Origin: an uncultured Verrucomicrobiae bacterium
GTDB taxonomy: Bacteria > Verrucomicrobiota > Verrucomicrobiia > Chthoniobacterales > JAFAMB01
Length of the DNA stretch: 64,000 bases
Direction: 5' to 3'
Assembly: GCA_963782115.1 (NCBI GenBank)
Contig: CAWAIK010000001.1
Span: forward strand, 448,001 to 512,000
Shown in pieces: positions 1 to 10,752 of this stretch (its first letter is position 1; each line of letters begins with the position of its first letter). The translations under genes were made by a program, and so were the position numbers. The notes under the pieces are model-generated. The model was given only the letters and a program-made list of their open reading frames with translations, did not search any database and was not told the origin of the DNA.

Positions 1-2
1 GC

Positions 3-170
3 CTTGCCTCGCTTGGTCTTCCGAGGCTTTCGGAGGTGAAAGCGAACCCGTTTGCGTGGCTCGATGAGGTGATATTCCTGCGGAAAGAAAAGAACTTTTT
101 CGAGACCCGAGTCACCGAGTATCAAACCAGCGGCAGCGTCAAAAATACGAGCGAAGAAGACCTCATTTAG
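3..170 (+). CDS. nrdB: Ribonucleotide reductase class Ia beta subunit, 3' end (partial at window edge)
   Basis: Manual translation of frame 3 gives ...NPFAWLDEVIFLRKEKNFFETRVTEYQTSGS...*, the typical NrdB C-terminal KEKNFFETRVTEY motif. Confidence 0.88.
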   Translation, partial: LASLGLPRLSEVKANPFAWLDEVIFLRKEKNFFETRVTEYQTSGSVKNTSEEDLI

Positions 171-179
171 GAACGAAAC

Positions 180-746
180 ATGGGAGTACATTCCGATTAT
201 TGGATACGGCGCATGGCGCGCGAATACCGGATGATCGAGCCATTCGAAGAAAGTCTCAAGCGCCAGAACGACGGTGGGCCGGTCATCAGCTACGGCCTGT
301 CGAGTTACGGCTACGATTTGCGCGTCGCTGATGAATTCAAAGTTTTTACGAACGTCTTCAACGCCGTCGTCGATCCGAAGGCGTTCGATCCGCGCTCGTT
401 TGTGGATATTCGCGGCGGGTCGTGTCTCGTGCCACCGAACTCATTCGCGCTCGCTCGTAGTGTCGAGTATTTCCGCATTCCCCGCGACGTGCTCACGCTC
501 TGCGTCGGCAAGAGCACCTACGCGCGCTGCGGCATCATCGTGAACGTCACGCCCTTTGAGCCGGAGTGGGAAGGTCATGCGACGCTGGAAATTTCCAATA
601 CCACGCCACTGCCGGCGCGCATTTACGCCAACGAGGGACTTGCTCAAGTCATCTTTCTCGCGGCGACAGAGTCGTGCGAAACCAGTTACGCGGATCGTGC
701 CGGGAAGTACCAGGGGCAGCGCGGCATTACCGTGCCGCAAATGTGA
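180..746 (+). CDS. dcd: dCTP deaminase
   Basis: [30 protein letters not shown] and [11 protein letters not shown] motifs. Confidence 0.96.
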   Translation: MGVHSDYWIRRMAREYRMIEPFEESLKRQNDGGPVISYGLSSYGYDLRVADEFKVFTNVFNAVVDPKAFDPRSFVDIRGGSCLVPPNSFALARSVEYFRIPRDVLTLCVGKSTYARCGIIVNVTPFEPEWEGHATLEISNTTPLPARIYANEGLAQVIFLAATESCETSYADRAGKYQGQRGITVPQM

Positions 747-823
747 TACGGGAATTGAGCTCACCCCAGCAATGATTTCAGCCTCTACGTTCAGGCCTGA
801 ACATTTGAACATCCAAAACACTT

Positions 824-1575
824 ATGAAAGCCACTATCTCGCAATCCATCCTCAGCAACGAGCCAGACAGCGGGTTGTACCGTTGAGCTTCCACAAGTCA
901 TTCGGCGCGATATGGCTGGTGACACGTCCGGCAAGCCGCGCGTCGTTCCGTGGCTCGGTCACAAGATCGCGCACGCCGTCGCAGCAGCCTGCTTTGCACA
1001 AGGCGAAGACGAAGGCGTCGGGCGTCGGGTACAGACCGAAATTGAGTTCCGAATGCAGCGCGAACGCCCGCTTTTCATTCACATCGAACAACTTCAAGAT
1101 TTGGTTGAGGAAACGCTGCTGGAACTCGGCTACGGAAAAGTCGCGCTCGCCTATGGCAAGTATCGCGCGAAACGCAGCGTGGAGCGCGAATGGGGAGCGC
1201 AAGCACCCACCGACTTTGGCAAGCAACTCGAACTCGCGACGCCGGAGCAGCTTGCGGACTTGCTCTGCTGGAAGCGGAAAAGGAAACGCGTGCCATCGAA
1301 TTCTACGGCATCTATAAAACGCGGCGTGCCTGCAGCTCATCGCCCACGCTTTTCAACGCCGGTACGCAGCATTCGCAACTTTCGTCATGTTATCTGCTCT
1401 ATTGTGGCGACAGCATTGAGGAAATAACGGAGACGTGGAGGCGCTTTTCGCACCTATCGAAATGGGCGGGCGGTCTCGGTTGTTCGTGGACCGCTGTCCG
1501 CGCTAACGGCGCGCATATTCACGGCACCAACGGCGAAAGCTCGGGGGTGGTCCCGTTTCTCAAAGTCAGTGATAT
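824..1575 (+). pseudogene. nrdA: Ribonucleotide reductase alpha subunit remnant (ATP-cone plus part of catalytic domain; internally deleted, 3'-truncated)
   Basis: ATP-cone-like IHIEQLQDLVEETLLELGYGKVALAYGKYR jumps directly to AIEFY..SSPTLFNAGT..QLSSCYL..SKWAGGLG..GTNGESSGVVPFLK, then homology stops. Confidence 0.85.
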
Positions 1576-1612
1576 GGCTTATAACCGAAAATGGCTCAAC
1601 GTTGCGAGGACA

Positions 1613-2656
1613 TTATTCGGTTGTCGTCGTTGTCGACTCAAACCGGTCAAATCCTTTGACACGATAGATGATTACGGACCCCACCCAACTCAGCACGAAG
1701 ACGCCGATAATCACAAAGCCCAGGGTGCCAAAGTTGTCATTCAGGCTGCCGATAAAATCCCAGAATCCTCCGGTCAGGTTCAGCTGATCCTTCAAAAGTC
1801 CAATGGCTTCTATCCCGCCTACCACCAGTGCCACGATTACCGACACAAAGGTGATCGTGAGATTATAATACAGTTTTCGAATCGGCTTCATGAACGCCCA
1901 TCCGTAAGCTCCAACCATCAGAATGCCATCGGTGGTATCAATCAGAGTCATTCCCGCCGTGAAAAGCACTGGGAACGCCGCCATTGCAACCACGGATAAG
2001 CCCTTGGCTGCAGCTGCCGCCGAGATCCCGAGGAGAGCAACTTCGGTAGCCGTATCGAACCCGAGGCCGAACAGAACCCCGATCGGATACATATGCCAAG
2101 GGCGAGAAATCATTCGGAAGAGCGGGCGGAAGATACGACCCATCATGCCGCCTCCCAGCACTATATCAGGGCTTTGATCGGTGTAGGCTCCTCCCTTGCG
2201 AACCTCCTGGAAGGTTTGCCAGACAGCTCGAAGGATCACGATGTTGACCAGGGCTATAGCAATCAGGAAACAAGCAGAAATCGAGGTTCCGACTATTCCG
2301 CTAACGCTTCTAATCGCGTCGAGCCGCGTGGCAACGACCGTGGCGATTAGGTAAACAACCAGAGACGCGACCACCACAATCGTTGAGTGGCCCAGAGAAA
2401 AGAAAAAGCCTACAGCAAGTGGACGTTTACCTTCCTGCATGAGCTTTCGCGTCACGCTGTCGATCGCTGCAATGTGATCAGCATCCACCGCATGACGAAG
2501 ACCAAAAGTGTAAGCGAGAAAAGCTGTCCCAAGGAGAACGGGTTTATCATGGAACGCGAGAAGCGCCCAGATCCAAGCGCCTGCGTTGAAGGAAACCAAA
2601 AAGCCGTAAAGTCCAATCACCCGATTCCGAAGATCACCTGAAAATATTTGAATCAT
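1613..2656 (-). CDS. HoxN/NixA family high-affinity nickel/cobalt permease (NiCoT)
   Basis: GLRHAVDADHIAAID, FFSLGHSTIV and LFGLGFDTATE NiCoT signatures; multiple transmembrane segments. Confidence 0.95.
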   Translation of the reverse strand: MIQIFSGDLRNRVIGLYGFLVSFNAGAWIWALLAFHDKPVLLGTAFLAYTFGLRHAVDADHIAAIDSVTRKLMQEGKRPLAVGFFFSLGHSTIVVVASLVVYLIATVVATRLDAIRSVSGIVGTSISACFLIAIALVNIVILRAVWQTFQEVRKGGAYTDQSPDIVLGGGMMGRIFRPLFRMISRPWHMYPIGVLFGLGFDTATEVALLGISAAAAAKGLSVVAMAAFPVLFTAGMTLIDTTDGILMVGAYGWAFMKPIRKLYYNLTITFVSVIVALVVGGIEAIGLLKDQLNLTGGFWDFIGSLNDNFGTLGFVIIGVFVLSWVGSVIIYRVKGFDRFESTTTTTE

Positions 2657-2823
2657 GGAGCTTGCCTGGTCAGAGGGTAACGAAGACCAACAAGTTGCTG
2701 TAAATCATCATGATCGGAAAGATCAGCCTGGGGTGACGGGGTCTTATAGTCAATTGCGAAATGGTAAGCCCTGGAAGCTGAAACGGTTGCTTTAGTCCGA
2801 GCTTTCGTTGTCTTAATAGCCGA

Positions 2824-3250
2824 ATGCCAAAACCCCAACCAAAAATCGCAAGAACGCGCCCGACTAAAGAAGTATCGGTCATGGCTTGGATTGAAGACGC
2901 GGATCAGGGAGTTCTATTGGTACGCCAAGCTGCGGGATTGAGGTTTTGGACCCTCCCAGGTGGGCGAGGTGAATCGCTCGTGAGGGCGCTTAAGCGCGAG
3001 CTTTACGAAGAAACTGGACTGCGCGTGGAAGTTGGTTCTCTGCTCGGGGTGCTGGATCGCGTGATAAAGATTCGATCACTTTACTCTTTGCTGCGGTACC
3101 AAACGAAACTTCAATCAAGGTTGACCAGAATAACAAGGAGATAAAAAAGGCGGCTTTTCAGACATCCTTGCCGAAGAAAGCTTCTCCCTCTGCCAAATAC
3201 TTTTGGTCGGTCAAGAGAGGCCCGGTCAAGGTGACTCCGAAAATTCGAGC
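2824..3250 (+). CDS. NUDIX hydrolase (frameshifted or degenerate)
   Basis: WTLPGG(..)RGESLVRALKRELYEETGL Nudix box, apparently missing residues; frame shifts near 3060. Confidence 0.75.
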
Positions 3251-3251
3251 C

Positions 3252-3580
3252 TCAACGCATCAGTTCCCGCCGATCGTGTGATTGAGGCAGACTTATGCGG
3301 ATGGATGGCCCGCGCCAGATCAGTTGAGCAAGCCCTGCTGCCGAAACCATGCGACACAGCAAGAGAATGGCGCGGTCGGCTGGCGTCCACTCGGCAAACG
3401 ACGTAAAACGGAGGTTGCTCTCCTTGACCCCGTTTATCTCGATCCCATCCCTACATCCGGTTTCCAGCTTCGCTTCGTTGATGTCCACCATTGTGACATT
3501 CCAGCCCGTCCTCGCCAAAGCGCCGGCGAGAGCGACTCCGATCCCTCCGGCGCCGATAACGTTGCATTTTGCACTCGGCA
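3252..3580 (-). pseudogene. Ketopantoate reductase-like N-terminal fragment
   Basis: VIGAGGIGVALAGAL..NVTMVD Rossmann start; plausible homology lost after about 75 aa. Confidence 0.6.
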
Positions 3581-3657
3581 TGTGTGTTTGACCGCGCCCA
3601 AGACGCAAGTAGTTTCCGAAAGATCACCTCGTCAGCGAAATAACAAAAGAAATTATA

Positions 3658-4203
3658 GTGAAGAAATTACTATTAATACTTATGCTCGACTTGGCGAGCT
3701 ATTCGGCGCAAGCCGCTAACTGGTATTATACGTGGACAACACCGCCACGGGCTCTAATGACGGAACATCGTGGGCGAATGCCTGGCAAAGCATTGGAGCA
3801 ATTGCCGGGGTGTCTGCCGGAGATACCGTTTACTTCTCTGGCGGGCCGACCGCCAGTTCTCAGACCTACACGGTTCCCCACCGGAGGATGGACGCCGGCG
3901 GGAGGAACAACCGGGCATCCCATCATAACCACATTCAACTCTATCTAAATGTCAATTACACCTTCTCTCCTAATCTTCAGCATGCAGATGTTTTACAGAA
4001 TAATGCCAACCAGACGAAAGTATATGGTAACTGGTTCGAGAACATAGGGGAGAGCATCTGGTTCCATGATTCTCTGGCTCAATACGCATATTCCGATCTT
4101 CAGTTTTATAACAATGTTATCACCCAGAATTTCCCTGTTAGCATCAGTGGAGTAGCCAGAGGGTTGGATTTTGAGCCCCAGGATAATGGCAAGAGCACAT
4201 TTA
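3658..4203 (+). pseudogene. Secreted beta-helix-like protein remnant interrupted by an IS
   Basis: Signal peptide MKKLLLIL..AQA, then YVDNTATGSNDGTSWANAWQSI..AGDTVYFSGG after a frameshift; Asn-rich parallel beta-helix-like segment; ends at the IS end. Confidence 0.6.
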
Positions 4204-4542
4204 GGGATTGTCACAAAATAAGTGTATCGATATTTCTTCAGAATAGATACTCTGGTGGAACAAGATCGAGCACCGATTGTTTTCCTTCATCAGTCAGAAC
4301 TGGCGCGGCAAGCCCTTGGTGAGCCACGAGGTGATTGTGAGTTTGATTTCAGCGACAACTACTCAGACCAGTTTAAAGGTGCGGGCTGAACTCGACACCA
4401 ACTCCTACCCGCCAGGAGCCAAGGTATCAAAAAAACAGATTGAAGAAATAAATATTCGTCCCGACTCGTTCCACGGAGAATGGAACTATACAATTCGTCC
4501 AAATACATTAGATATTTGATACACTTATTTCATGACGCGCCC
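4204..4542 (+). mobile_element. Internally deleted ISAzo13-family element
   Basis: Imperfect terminal IRs (GGGATTGTCACAAAATAAGTGTATC vs rev-comp GGGCGCGTCATGAAATAAGTGTATC), TTA on both flanks, transposase C-terminus FSFISQNWRGKPL..FHGEWNYTI. Confidence 0.88.
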
Positions 4543-4545
4543 TTA

Positions 4546-4795
4546 AGTGCCGTTGCAGAGTGCTCGGCGGCACATCATGCTTTCGGCAAAATTCCATAAG
4601 TCGCAAACTGCTCGCTTCAAATTCGATTGTCAGCCGCTCAACTTGCTCCCGACTTCTCCGCCTCCGAATCTGGACTTCCTGTTTTCCGCTCACGGGTCAA
4701 GTCCGTTAAAAACTTCACGCGCCGAGCAGCGATGGATAGCTAGTGTACATGGCAGACCTCCTCCCGAAATCCATTGCGTGGGCTTGAACCTGCAG
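4546..4795 (-). mobile_element. IS66-family left-end remnant with truncated TnpA
   Basis: RRRRSREQVERLTIEFEASSLRLMEFCRKHDVPPSTLQRH resembles the IS66 TnpA HTH; cut by the ISAzo13 end. Confidence 0.7.
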
Positions 4796-4840
4796 TAATA
4801 CTTCGCAGATTTCCTGCTCGATTCAGCGATTGTCACGTTT

Positions 4841-6622
4841 ATGCTTTTGAATTCGTCATCTGCCAGGGCAGCGGCTCAAGACGCCATTCTTCCGCCAGAA
4901 GTTCCATGGAACGGAAAGAGTAAATCGCTTCTAATTTCCGCAACCGATAGTTGGGCGACTCCTTTCGAACAATCGGGGTTGAATCAAACACCTCGCTATG
5001 ATGAAACAGTGGCCTGGCTGCAGAAGCTGGTAGATGCGGCACCAGAATTGAAAAGAGTTTCAATTGGAACCACACTGGAAGGTCGCGATATTGTCATGAT
5101 CCTGGCATCGTCTGCCAGACGGTTTTCGTTCCAAGATTTTGTTGCCTCGGGAAAGGCAACGGTCCTCATCCAAGCCTGTATCCATCCCGGTGAGCCGGAC
5201 GGGAAGGATGCTGGCCTGATGTTGCTTCGAGATATGACCGTCAAAGGAACGAAGCACGATCTGCTCGAGAAGGTGAACGTGCTGTTCGTTCCAATCTACA
5301 ACGCAGACGGACATGAGCGGTCCTCCAGGTTCGGCCGCATCAATCAACGCGGACCGTGGGAAACAGGGTGGAGAACAAATGCGCGAAATCTCAATCTGAA
5401 CCGCGATTACGCGAAGCTAGACGCGCCGGAAACGCGTTCCATTGTGCGAGCGATAAACCAGTGGCAACCGGATCTCTATCTCGATCTTCACGTTACGGAC
5501 GGGGCCGATTATCAATATGATATTACGTGGGATTTCGCCTCGGGCGCTCAATATTCTCCGTCGATCGCCGGATGGTTTGAAAACAATCTTGAGCCGACCC
5601 TGGCACATGCTCTTGAGGCGATGGGTCATCTGACTACCAGGTACATCAATCTTATCGATGATTTGGATCCGACACGAGGATTGGCAGGAGGTGCGCTTTT
5701 GCCGCGGTTCTCAACCGGCTACAGCGATATCCGACATCTCCCTGGCCTTCTTGTTGAAACACATTCATTAAAACCGTATGCGCAACGGGTCACTGGGACT
5801 TATGTCTTGCTCGAAAGCGCACTGAAAGTGGCGGGCGAAGATACCGCGGCATTGCGGAGGGCGATTGCCGATGATCGCGCCGAAAAAGGGAGCGAATTTA
5901 TCACTAAATGGGGTACGAGTGATCAACCATCGCCACAATTCCAGTTTCGGGGTGTGGGATATAAGAGGAGCGAGTCTCCAGTCTCGGGCGGTCCCAAGAT
6001 TGAATGGCTCGGGAACCCAATTACGCTGGAAATTCCCGGCCAACCGGCGGTTGTTTCCAGAGAAAAGGTGCTGAAGCCGGCGGCCTACTGGGTTCCACGT
6101 CAATGGCATGAGGTAATCGATCGTTTGCATGCCCATGGCATTCCAATGGAAACCATCCAGGAAAACAAGGAATTGGCGGTGGAAATGTACCGGGTCCATG
6201 AGCCGAAAATTTCGAATGAGCCGTTTGAGGGACGTGTCAATGTGATTGGCAGCCCCGTGGTGGAGCGTCGCATTGAAAAATTTCTGGCCGGGTCTGTACG
6301 AGTGCCCGTTTCCGCGCCGTTCGGCGACCTTATTTGTGCTTTGCTCGAGCCCGCATCGGAGGACTCTTTTTTTAGCTGGGGTTTCTTCCTGGAGATCATT
6401 CAAACGACAGAATATGTCGAAGCTTACGTGATGGAACCGATGGCTGAAAAAATGCTCGGGGAAGATCCCGCGCTGGCACGGGAATTCGGAGATAAACTCG
6501 AGTCAGATGACCACTTTAGAAATAATTCGAAAGCCCGTCTTCAATGGTTTTATCAACGGACGCCGTTTTACGATGATCGAGCGGGACTTTACCCCGTCGC
6601 TCGGGAGGTAAAAGCAAAATGA
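4841..6622 (+). CDS. M14 family zinc carboxypeptidase
   Basis: IHPGEPDGKD (HxxE), NLNRDY and LDLHVTDG motifs. Confidence 0.92.
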   Translation: MLLNSSSARAAAQDAILPPEVPWNGKSKSLLISATDSWATPFEQSGLNQTPRYDETVAWLQKLVDAAPELKRVSIGTTLEGRDIVMILASSARRFSFQDFVASGKATVLIQACIHPGEPDGKDAGLMLLRDMTVKGTKHDLLEKVNVLFVPIYNADGHERSSRFGRINQRGPWETGWRTNARNLNLNRDYAKLDAPETRSIVRAINQWQPDLYLDLHVTDGADYQYDITWDFASGAQYSPSIAGWFENNLEPTLAHALEAMGHLTTRYINLIDDLDPTRGLAGGALLPRFSTGYSDIRHLPGLLVETHSLKPYAQRVTGTYVLLESALKVAGEDTAALRRAIADDRAEKGSEFITKWGTSDQPSPQFQFRGVGYKRSESPVSGGPKIEWLGNPITLEIPGQPAVVSREKVLKPAAYWVPRQWHEVIDRLHAHGIPMETIQENKELAVEMYRVHEPKISNEPFEGRVNVIGSPVVERRIEKFLAGSVRVPVSAPFGDLICALLEPASEDSFFSWGFFLEIIQTTEYVEAYVMEPMAEKMLGEDPALAREFGDKLESDDHFRNNSKARLQWFYQRTPFYDDRAGLYPVAREVKAK

Positions 6623-6631
6623 GGGGTCGAC

Positions 6632-7201
6632 TCAGCCCATTGGGGTGGTTAAATCGCCAGAAAGCAGGCAGGGGCAGAGCTGAAGGAAGGTCCAAGGAGC
6701 TTCAGGAGACGTGCGATCGAAGCGGAGCACGACGTCAAAGCGCGTGCCGTCCCACTTCGTCGGCATACCTGGTAGGCTCTGACCATTGGCGATCGCCGGT
6801 AGAAGATCACGCGCTATCGCCTTGTGCTCCCAAGCGACCAACACCACACCGGTTCGGCCGACAACCGTGGTGGCGAGTTGGGCCTCCTCTCCGACTGCGA
6901 AGGTGGTGTCCGGCGTCAAGCCCAAACGGCTAGCAAGCGGAGAAACTGTCTCGAAAGGGCGCTGGCTTGGTTCGTCGCCGGTCGTCGAATTAGGGTCCGC
7001 AGCGTAGATCACTGAGGGCGCCGGATAGTTTAGGCCGCCAAGGCCCGCACCGAACAGCGCGGACCAACTGCCGGCCCGTTGCCAACCGCGGATGACCAAA
7101 GATTTTTTGTCTGGAACTCCGTCTTGCGTCAGGCCGGAGCCCGGCCAGGACTCGCCCGGCTTCTCTGCATGCCGGATGATAATAATTGTGAGCGCGGACA
7201 T
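6632..7201 (-). CDS. Histidine phosphatase superfamily protein
   Basis: IIRHAEKP, SQRPFETV and VAWEHKAI motifs. Confidence 0.85.
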   Translation of the reverse strand: MSALTIIIIRHAEKPGESWPGSGLTQDGVPDKKSLVIRGWQRAGSWSALFGAGLGGLNYPAPSVIYAADPNSTTGDEPSQRPFETVSPLASRLGLTPDTTFAVGEEAQLATTVVGRTGVVLVAWEHKAIARDLLPAIANGQSLPGMPTKWDGTRFDVVLRFDRTSPEAPWTFLQLCPCLLSGDLTTPMG

Positions 7202-7361
7202 AATTTTTCTTCCTGATCAATTTTGTTGTGAGGTGAAATTTTCTTTGCCGGTAACCTTATATTTGTCGCTAAGACCGAAGCCAATAGAGTTCCTTACTGA
7301 TGAGCAAGCGAGCCGCTTCAGCCGTCACCACGGAGATCTGACTTCGGTTGTCTTGGTTTCT

Positions 7362-8306
7362 CTATTTGCGGAAGAGGATAGCCAGAAAGTCGTGGCGAAA
7401 GTCGGCCGGGGAGATGAGAAGCGTCGTGGCCTTCGCCGGATCGTATAGCCGAATTTTCGGGCCTTGAAAACCCAATATTGCGTAACCGTGGAAGGCGGTC
7501 ACAAATTTGACATCCGTGCCATCCGGCTTCGATGCACCGATGGATGGTACACGAGTGGAGGCCTGGACTGCCGCGGTGATCGTCGCAAGGGGCGTGTCAG
7601 CCTTAATCTCGATCTGGCCGGGCCTGACGCCGGTGATTTTTTCCCAGAAGTCATTGGCGTTAATGTCGAGGGCATCAAAGTTTTCGTAGCTCTTGAGTTT
7701 CACGGCGAGCGCCTTTTCGATGATGGCCGCCCAGATCGACTGATCGCTTGGATCCCGGATGTAGATGGGCGACCAGCCGGAATCGTGATCGTCGGTATAC
7801 AGGACATCGCTCACATCGATTGAGCCGCCGGGGAGCTTGACGGTGAAGTATCTGGACGAATTGACCGTGGTGCCAGGCGGCGGGTTGGACAGAGTCCCGG
7901 GCGGCACGCTCGACAGGTCTGTCAAAACATTGCCCGCTGTCTCGGAGACCATGCCCTGGATGATAGTTTGGCCGACCGGGGTGAAGGCCAGCGCTGCGAG
8001 CATGGAAGCGACCGGGCAGTTGGCTATGCCGGGCGCCTGCTTGACCTCGTTGAAGGCCGGGACTTTCTTGGAGGGGTTGAAGAGAGGCCAGGTGACCACA
8101 TGTACGTCTTTGCTGTCTGGGTCCTTGGTGGGCGGCGGCATCGTGGTCGTCTTCACCGCCTTCCCGACAGCACCCGGCGTTTGCGAGTCAGATTGCTTTT
8201 CCCATAGGGTCCGGCCTATCGGCCCAGGGATCCGTCCCCCAACGTTTCCGGGAGAGATGCCCAGCGGTCCGGGAACCTGAGCGCCGCCTCTGAATTGAAG
8301 TGTCAT
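7362..8306 (-). CDS. Calpain-like (papain-fold, peptidase C2-like) cysteine protease
   Basis: KQAPGIANCPVASMLAALA (Gln/Cys), WAAIIEKALA, FHGYAILG (His), IRLYDP. Confidence 0.7.
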   Translation of the reverse strand: MTLQFRGGAQVPGPLGISPGNVGGRIPGPIGRTLWEKQSDSQTPGAVGKAVKTTTMPPPTKDPDSKDVHVVTWPLFNPSKKVPAFNEVKQAPGIANCPVASMLAALAFTPVGQTIIQGMVSETAGNVLTDLSSVPPGTLSNPPPGTTVNSSRYFTVKLPGGSIDVSDVLYTDDHDSGWSPIYIRDPSDQSIWAAIIEKALAVKLKSYENFDALDINANDFWEKITGVRPGQIEIKADTPLATITAAVQASTRVPSIGASKPDGTDVKFVTAFHGYAILGFQGPKIRLYDPAKATTLLISPADFRHDFLAILFRK

Positions 8307-8486
8307 GCTAACTAACCTGCATATTTCACGTGCTCACCTGGTTGTAAAATCTTTTAAGTTGGGATCGCGAATAGATCGACGAGTGACCGATGGTCAGTCA
8401 CTAAGCATGACAATCTGGTGGTTGATCGGCTCGCCCAATTGCTTGGCCAGGGAACGTGAGCGGGGACTTGGTGTGTTATCAGCGGG

Positions 8487-9605
8487 TCAGTCGAGAGTTG
8501 CCCAATCTTCAGTCGCCTCTCTTGGCGATTCGATCATTCTCTTCCTCTCGCTGACCACCTTGCTGGTCAAATATCTCAGGGGCGCTGGATTGAGCCTGAG
8601 AAGCCCAAGAAACCTGTTGGAGATCCTCGGATGCAGGACCGCAAGTCTCGCGAGCTGGTTTACCCAGAGCCGATGACGATAGACTTTCCGATGCTGCCGG
8701 GCGTAAATGAGAGCGGGGTCCGAAGAATTGGTTGTCGCGCCGGAAATGGCGTCCGCTGCGAGCGCACCGCTCTGGAGGGCATAAAGGATCCCTTCTCCGG
8801 TCAAAGGTTCGACTACGCGCGCGGCGTCGCCGATATACATCAGGTTAGGGTGTTGTGTTTGGATTGCTGACCTCGTCAGCGGAGTGATCGATTGCCAACG
8901 GTGTTCGGACGTCAGCCCAAACTTCTCTGTTGCTTCCTGTCGAAACGGTTCTGCATGCTCCGGCCGGCAAACCAGACACAAGTTTGTCAAGCCTTCCCCG
9001 ATTGTGGCCAGCCCGAGATAACCGTACCGGCACAACTGCAGCGTGACATGGGGCTCGGCATCGGCCGAAAAATGAGTCTGAAGGGCAACGCGGTCCGTGC
9101 GGGTTTTCGGATATTCCGTCAGCAGTCGGGCGACAGATGAATTGCGTCCATCCGCAGCCACGAGGAATCTGGCCTGGACGGTTTCGTCATTGGTAGTGAC
9201 CTTCCAACCCGACCCGCTCTGCACCTTGAGCGCCGGATTCGCGAATTTAACTTGGGCTCCTGCCGAGATGGCATGTTTTATCAGGGTGTCATCGAAAAGT
9301 TTTCTACGGATCCCGCGCTCTCCCCTGGTTTCTTTCGGAAGCTCAAATCGAATGGAGCGCCCCGCCAAATCAAGGAACTCGACCCAGCGTAATTTAGCGG
9401 ACGGTAGTCGATCAATCAGCTCGCTGACACCCAGGCGATCCAGGATTTGCCAGGCACCAGGGTTTACGCAATCTCCGCATACTTTCTCTCTCGGAAACTG
9501 TGTTCGCTCGAGGACAAGCGTCGACAGGCCTGCGCGCGCAGTCAAAGCCGCTGCTGTGGCGCCGGCGGGCCCGGCTCCAACGACCAGGACGTCATAACCA
9601 GTCAT
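8487..9605 (-). CDS. FAD-dependent oxidoreductase, geranylgeranyl reductase family
   Basis: VVGAGPAG, FPREKVCGD, AADGRNS and IGDAARVVEPLTGEGI motifs. Confidence 0.9.
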   Translation of the reverse strand: MTGYDVLVVGAGPAGATAAALTARAGLSTLVLERTQFPREKVCGDCVNPGAWQILDRLGVSELIDRLPSAKLRWVEFLDLAGRSIRFELPKETRGERGIRRKLFDDTLIKHAISAGAQVKFANPALKVQSGSGWKVTTNDETVQARFLVAADGRNSSVARLLTEYPKTRTDRVALQTHFSADAEPHVTLQLCRYGYLGLATIGEGLTNLCLVCRPEHAEPFRQEATEKFGLTSEHRWQSITPLTRSAIQTQHPNLMYIGDAARVVEPLTGEGILYALQSGALAADAISGATTNSSDPALIYARQHRKVYRHRLWVNQLARLAVLHPRISNRFLGLLRLNPAPLRYLTSKVVSERKRMIESPREATEDWATLD

Positions 9606-10729
9606 ACGAAGAGCTCGGCGATGGAGTCAGCGACCATCCGGCCCTTCGCGGTTAAACGAACGTGTGAATTCTCTTCCTCAAGGTAGCCTTCGTTCCGGAG
9701 GGCATCTAATTCCCTCCCCTCCATCGCCGACGCCGGGACTCCGATCGACGTACGCAAACCGAAGGCGATGGCTTCGGCCTTCCGGATCTGTCCGGTGATT
9801 TTTTCCCTGAAATTAATTGGTTCAACTCCGGTTTGAAGCTGTTCGATATACCGGCTGGTATCGGGCGAATTCTGCCAACGTCTTTCACCGATTGTTGAAA
9901 AGGCGCTTGGACCTAAACCGAGGTAGTTCCGCCCAAGCCAGTAGGCAAGGTTATGCTGGCATTCATAACCTGGCTTCGCGTAGTTGGAAATTTCGTACTG
10001 TTGGTAGCCACCGGCCTCGAGTAGCGCCATCGTCAGTTCGTAAAATTGCGCGTCTTGTTCCGCGTCTTGAGGCAGTTCGCCACCTTGATGACGTCGAAAA
10101 AATTCGGTATCCTCCTCAAACGTCAGGCAGTAAGCAGAAATGTGCTCTGGAGCCAGGTTAATGGTTTTTCTCAGACTTCGTTCCCATGTTCCGACGGATT
10201 GGCCCGGAATTCCGAACATCAGGTCGAGATTTATATTCGTGAATCCGGCCTTTCGCAGAATATGGAACGAACGTTCGGCTTGTAGGGCCGAATGAACCCG
10301 ACCAAGCCGATTCAGCATTTCAGGATCCCAGGATTGTACTCCCATGCTGATGCGATTCACTCCGAAATCGTGTAGCATTTGCGCCTTTTCCAGCGAGACT
10401 GTGGCAGGGTTCATCTCAAGGGTCCATTCGCGCAAACCGGTAAAATCGAGGCGTTGATGCAGTCCGGAGAGAAGAAATTCCAGTTGCTTCACCGAGAGGG
10501 CGGAAGGGGTGCCACCTCCAAAAAAAATCGTCTCAATCCGACAACTTGCGACTTCTCGGAGCCGCCGGTCGAGATCCAGAAGAACCGAATCGAGGAAAGC
10601 CTGGGTCTTGTTGCGGTCGGAAGCCTCTTTATAAAAGCTGCAGTACGGACACACCTTCGGACAAAAGGGAATGTGGACGTAGAGATGACGCAATTCCGCG
10701 GTCTCCTCAATTCCGTTTTGGATTTGCAT
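9602..10729 (-). CDS. hemW: Radical SAM heme chaperone HemW (HemN-like)
   Basis: LYVHIPFCPKVCPYCSF, FFGGGTPS, YEISNY and HNLAYW motifs; start trimmed from the longer ORF. Confidence 0.92.
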   Translation of the reverse strand: MQIQNGIEETAELRHLYVHIPFCPKVCPYCSFYKEASDRNKTQAFLDSVLLDLDRRLREVASCRIETIFFGGGTPSALSVKQLEFLLSGLHQRLDFTGLREWTLEMNPATVSLEKAQMLHDFGVNRISMGVQSWDPEMLNRLGRVHSALQAERSFHILRKAGFTNINLDLMFGIPGQSVGTWERSLRKTINLAPEHISAYCLTFEEDTEFFRRHQGGELPQDAEQDAQFYELTMALLEAGGYQQYEISNYAKPGYECQHNLAYWLGRNYLGLGPSAFSTIGERRWQNSPDTSRYIEQLQTGVEPINFREKITGQIRKAEAIAFGLRTSIGVPASAMEGRELDALRNEGYLEEENSHVRLTAKGRMVADSIAELFV

Positions 10730-10752
10730 AAACATGACTATAATCCAGCCTC

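Noticed and set aside
2657..2823. Ni/Co or cobalamin riboswitch upstream of the NiCoT gene
   Set aside because: No recognisable conserved riboswitch motifs by eye; an Rfam scan would be needed
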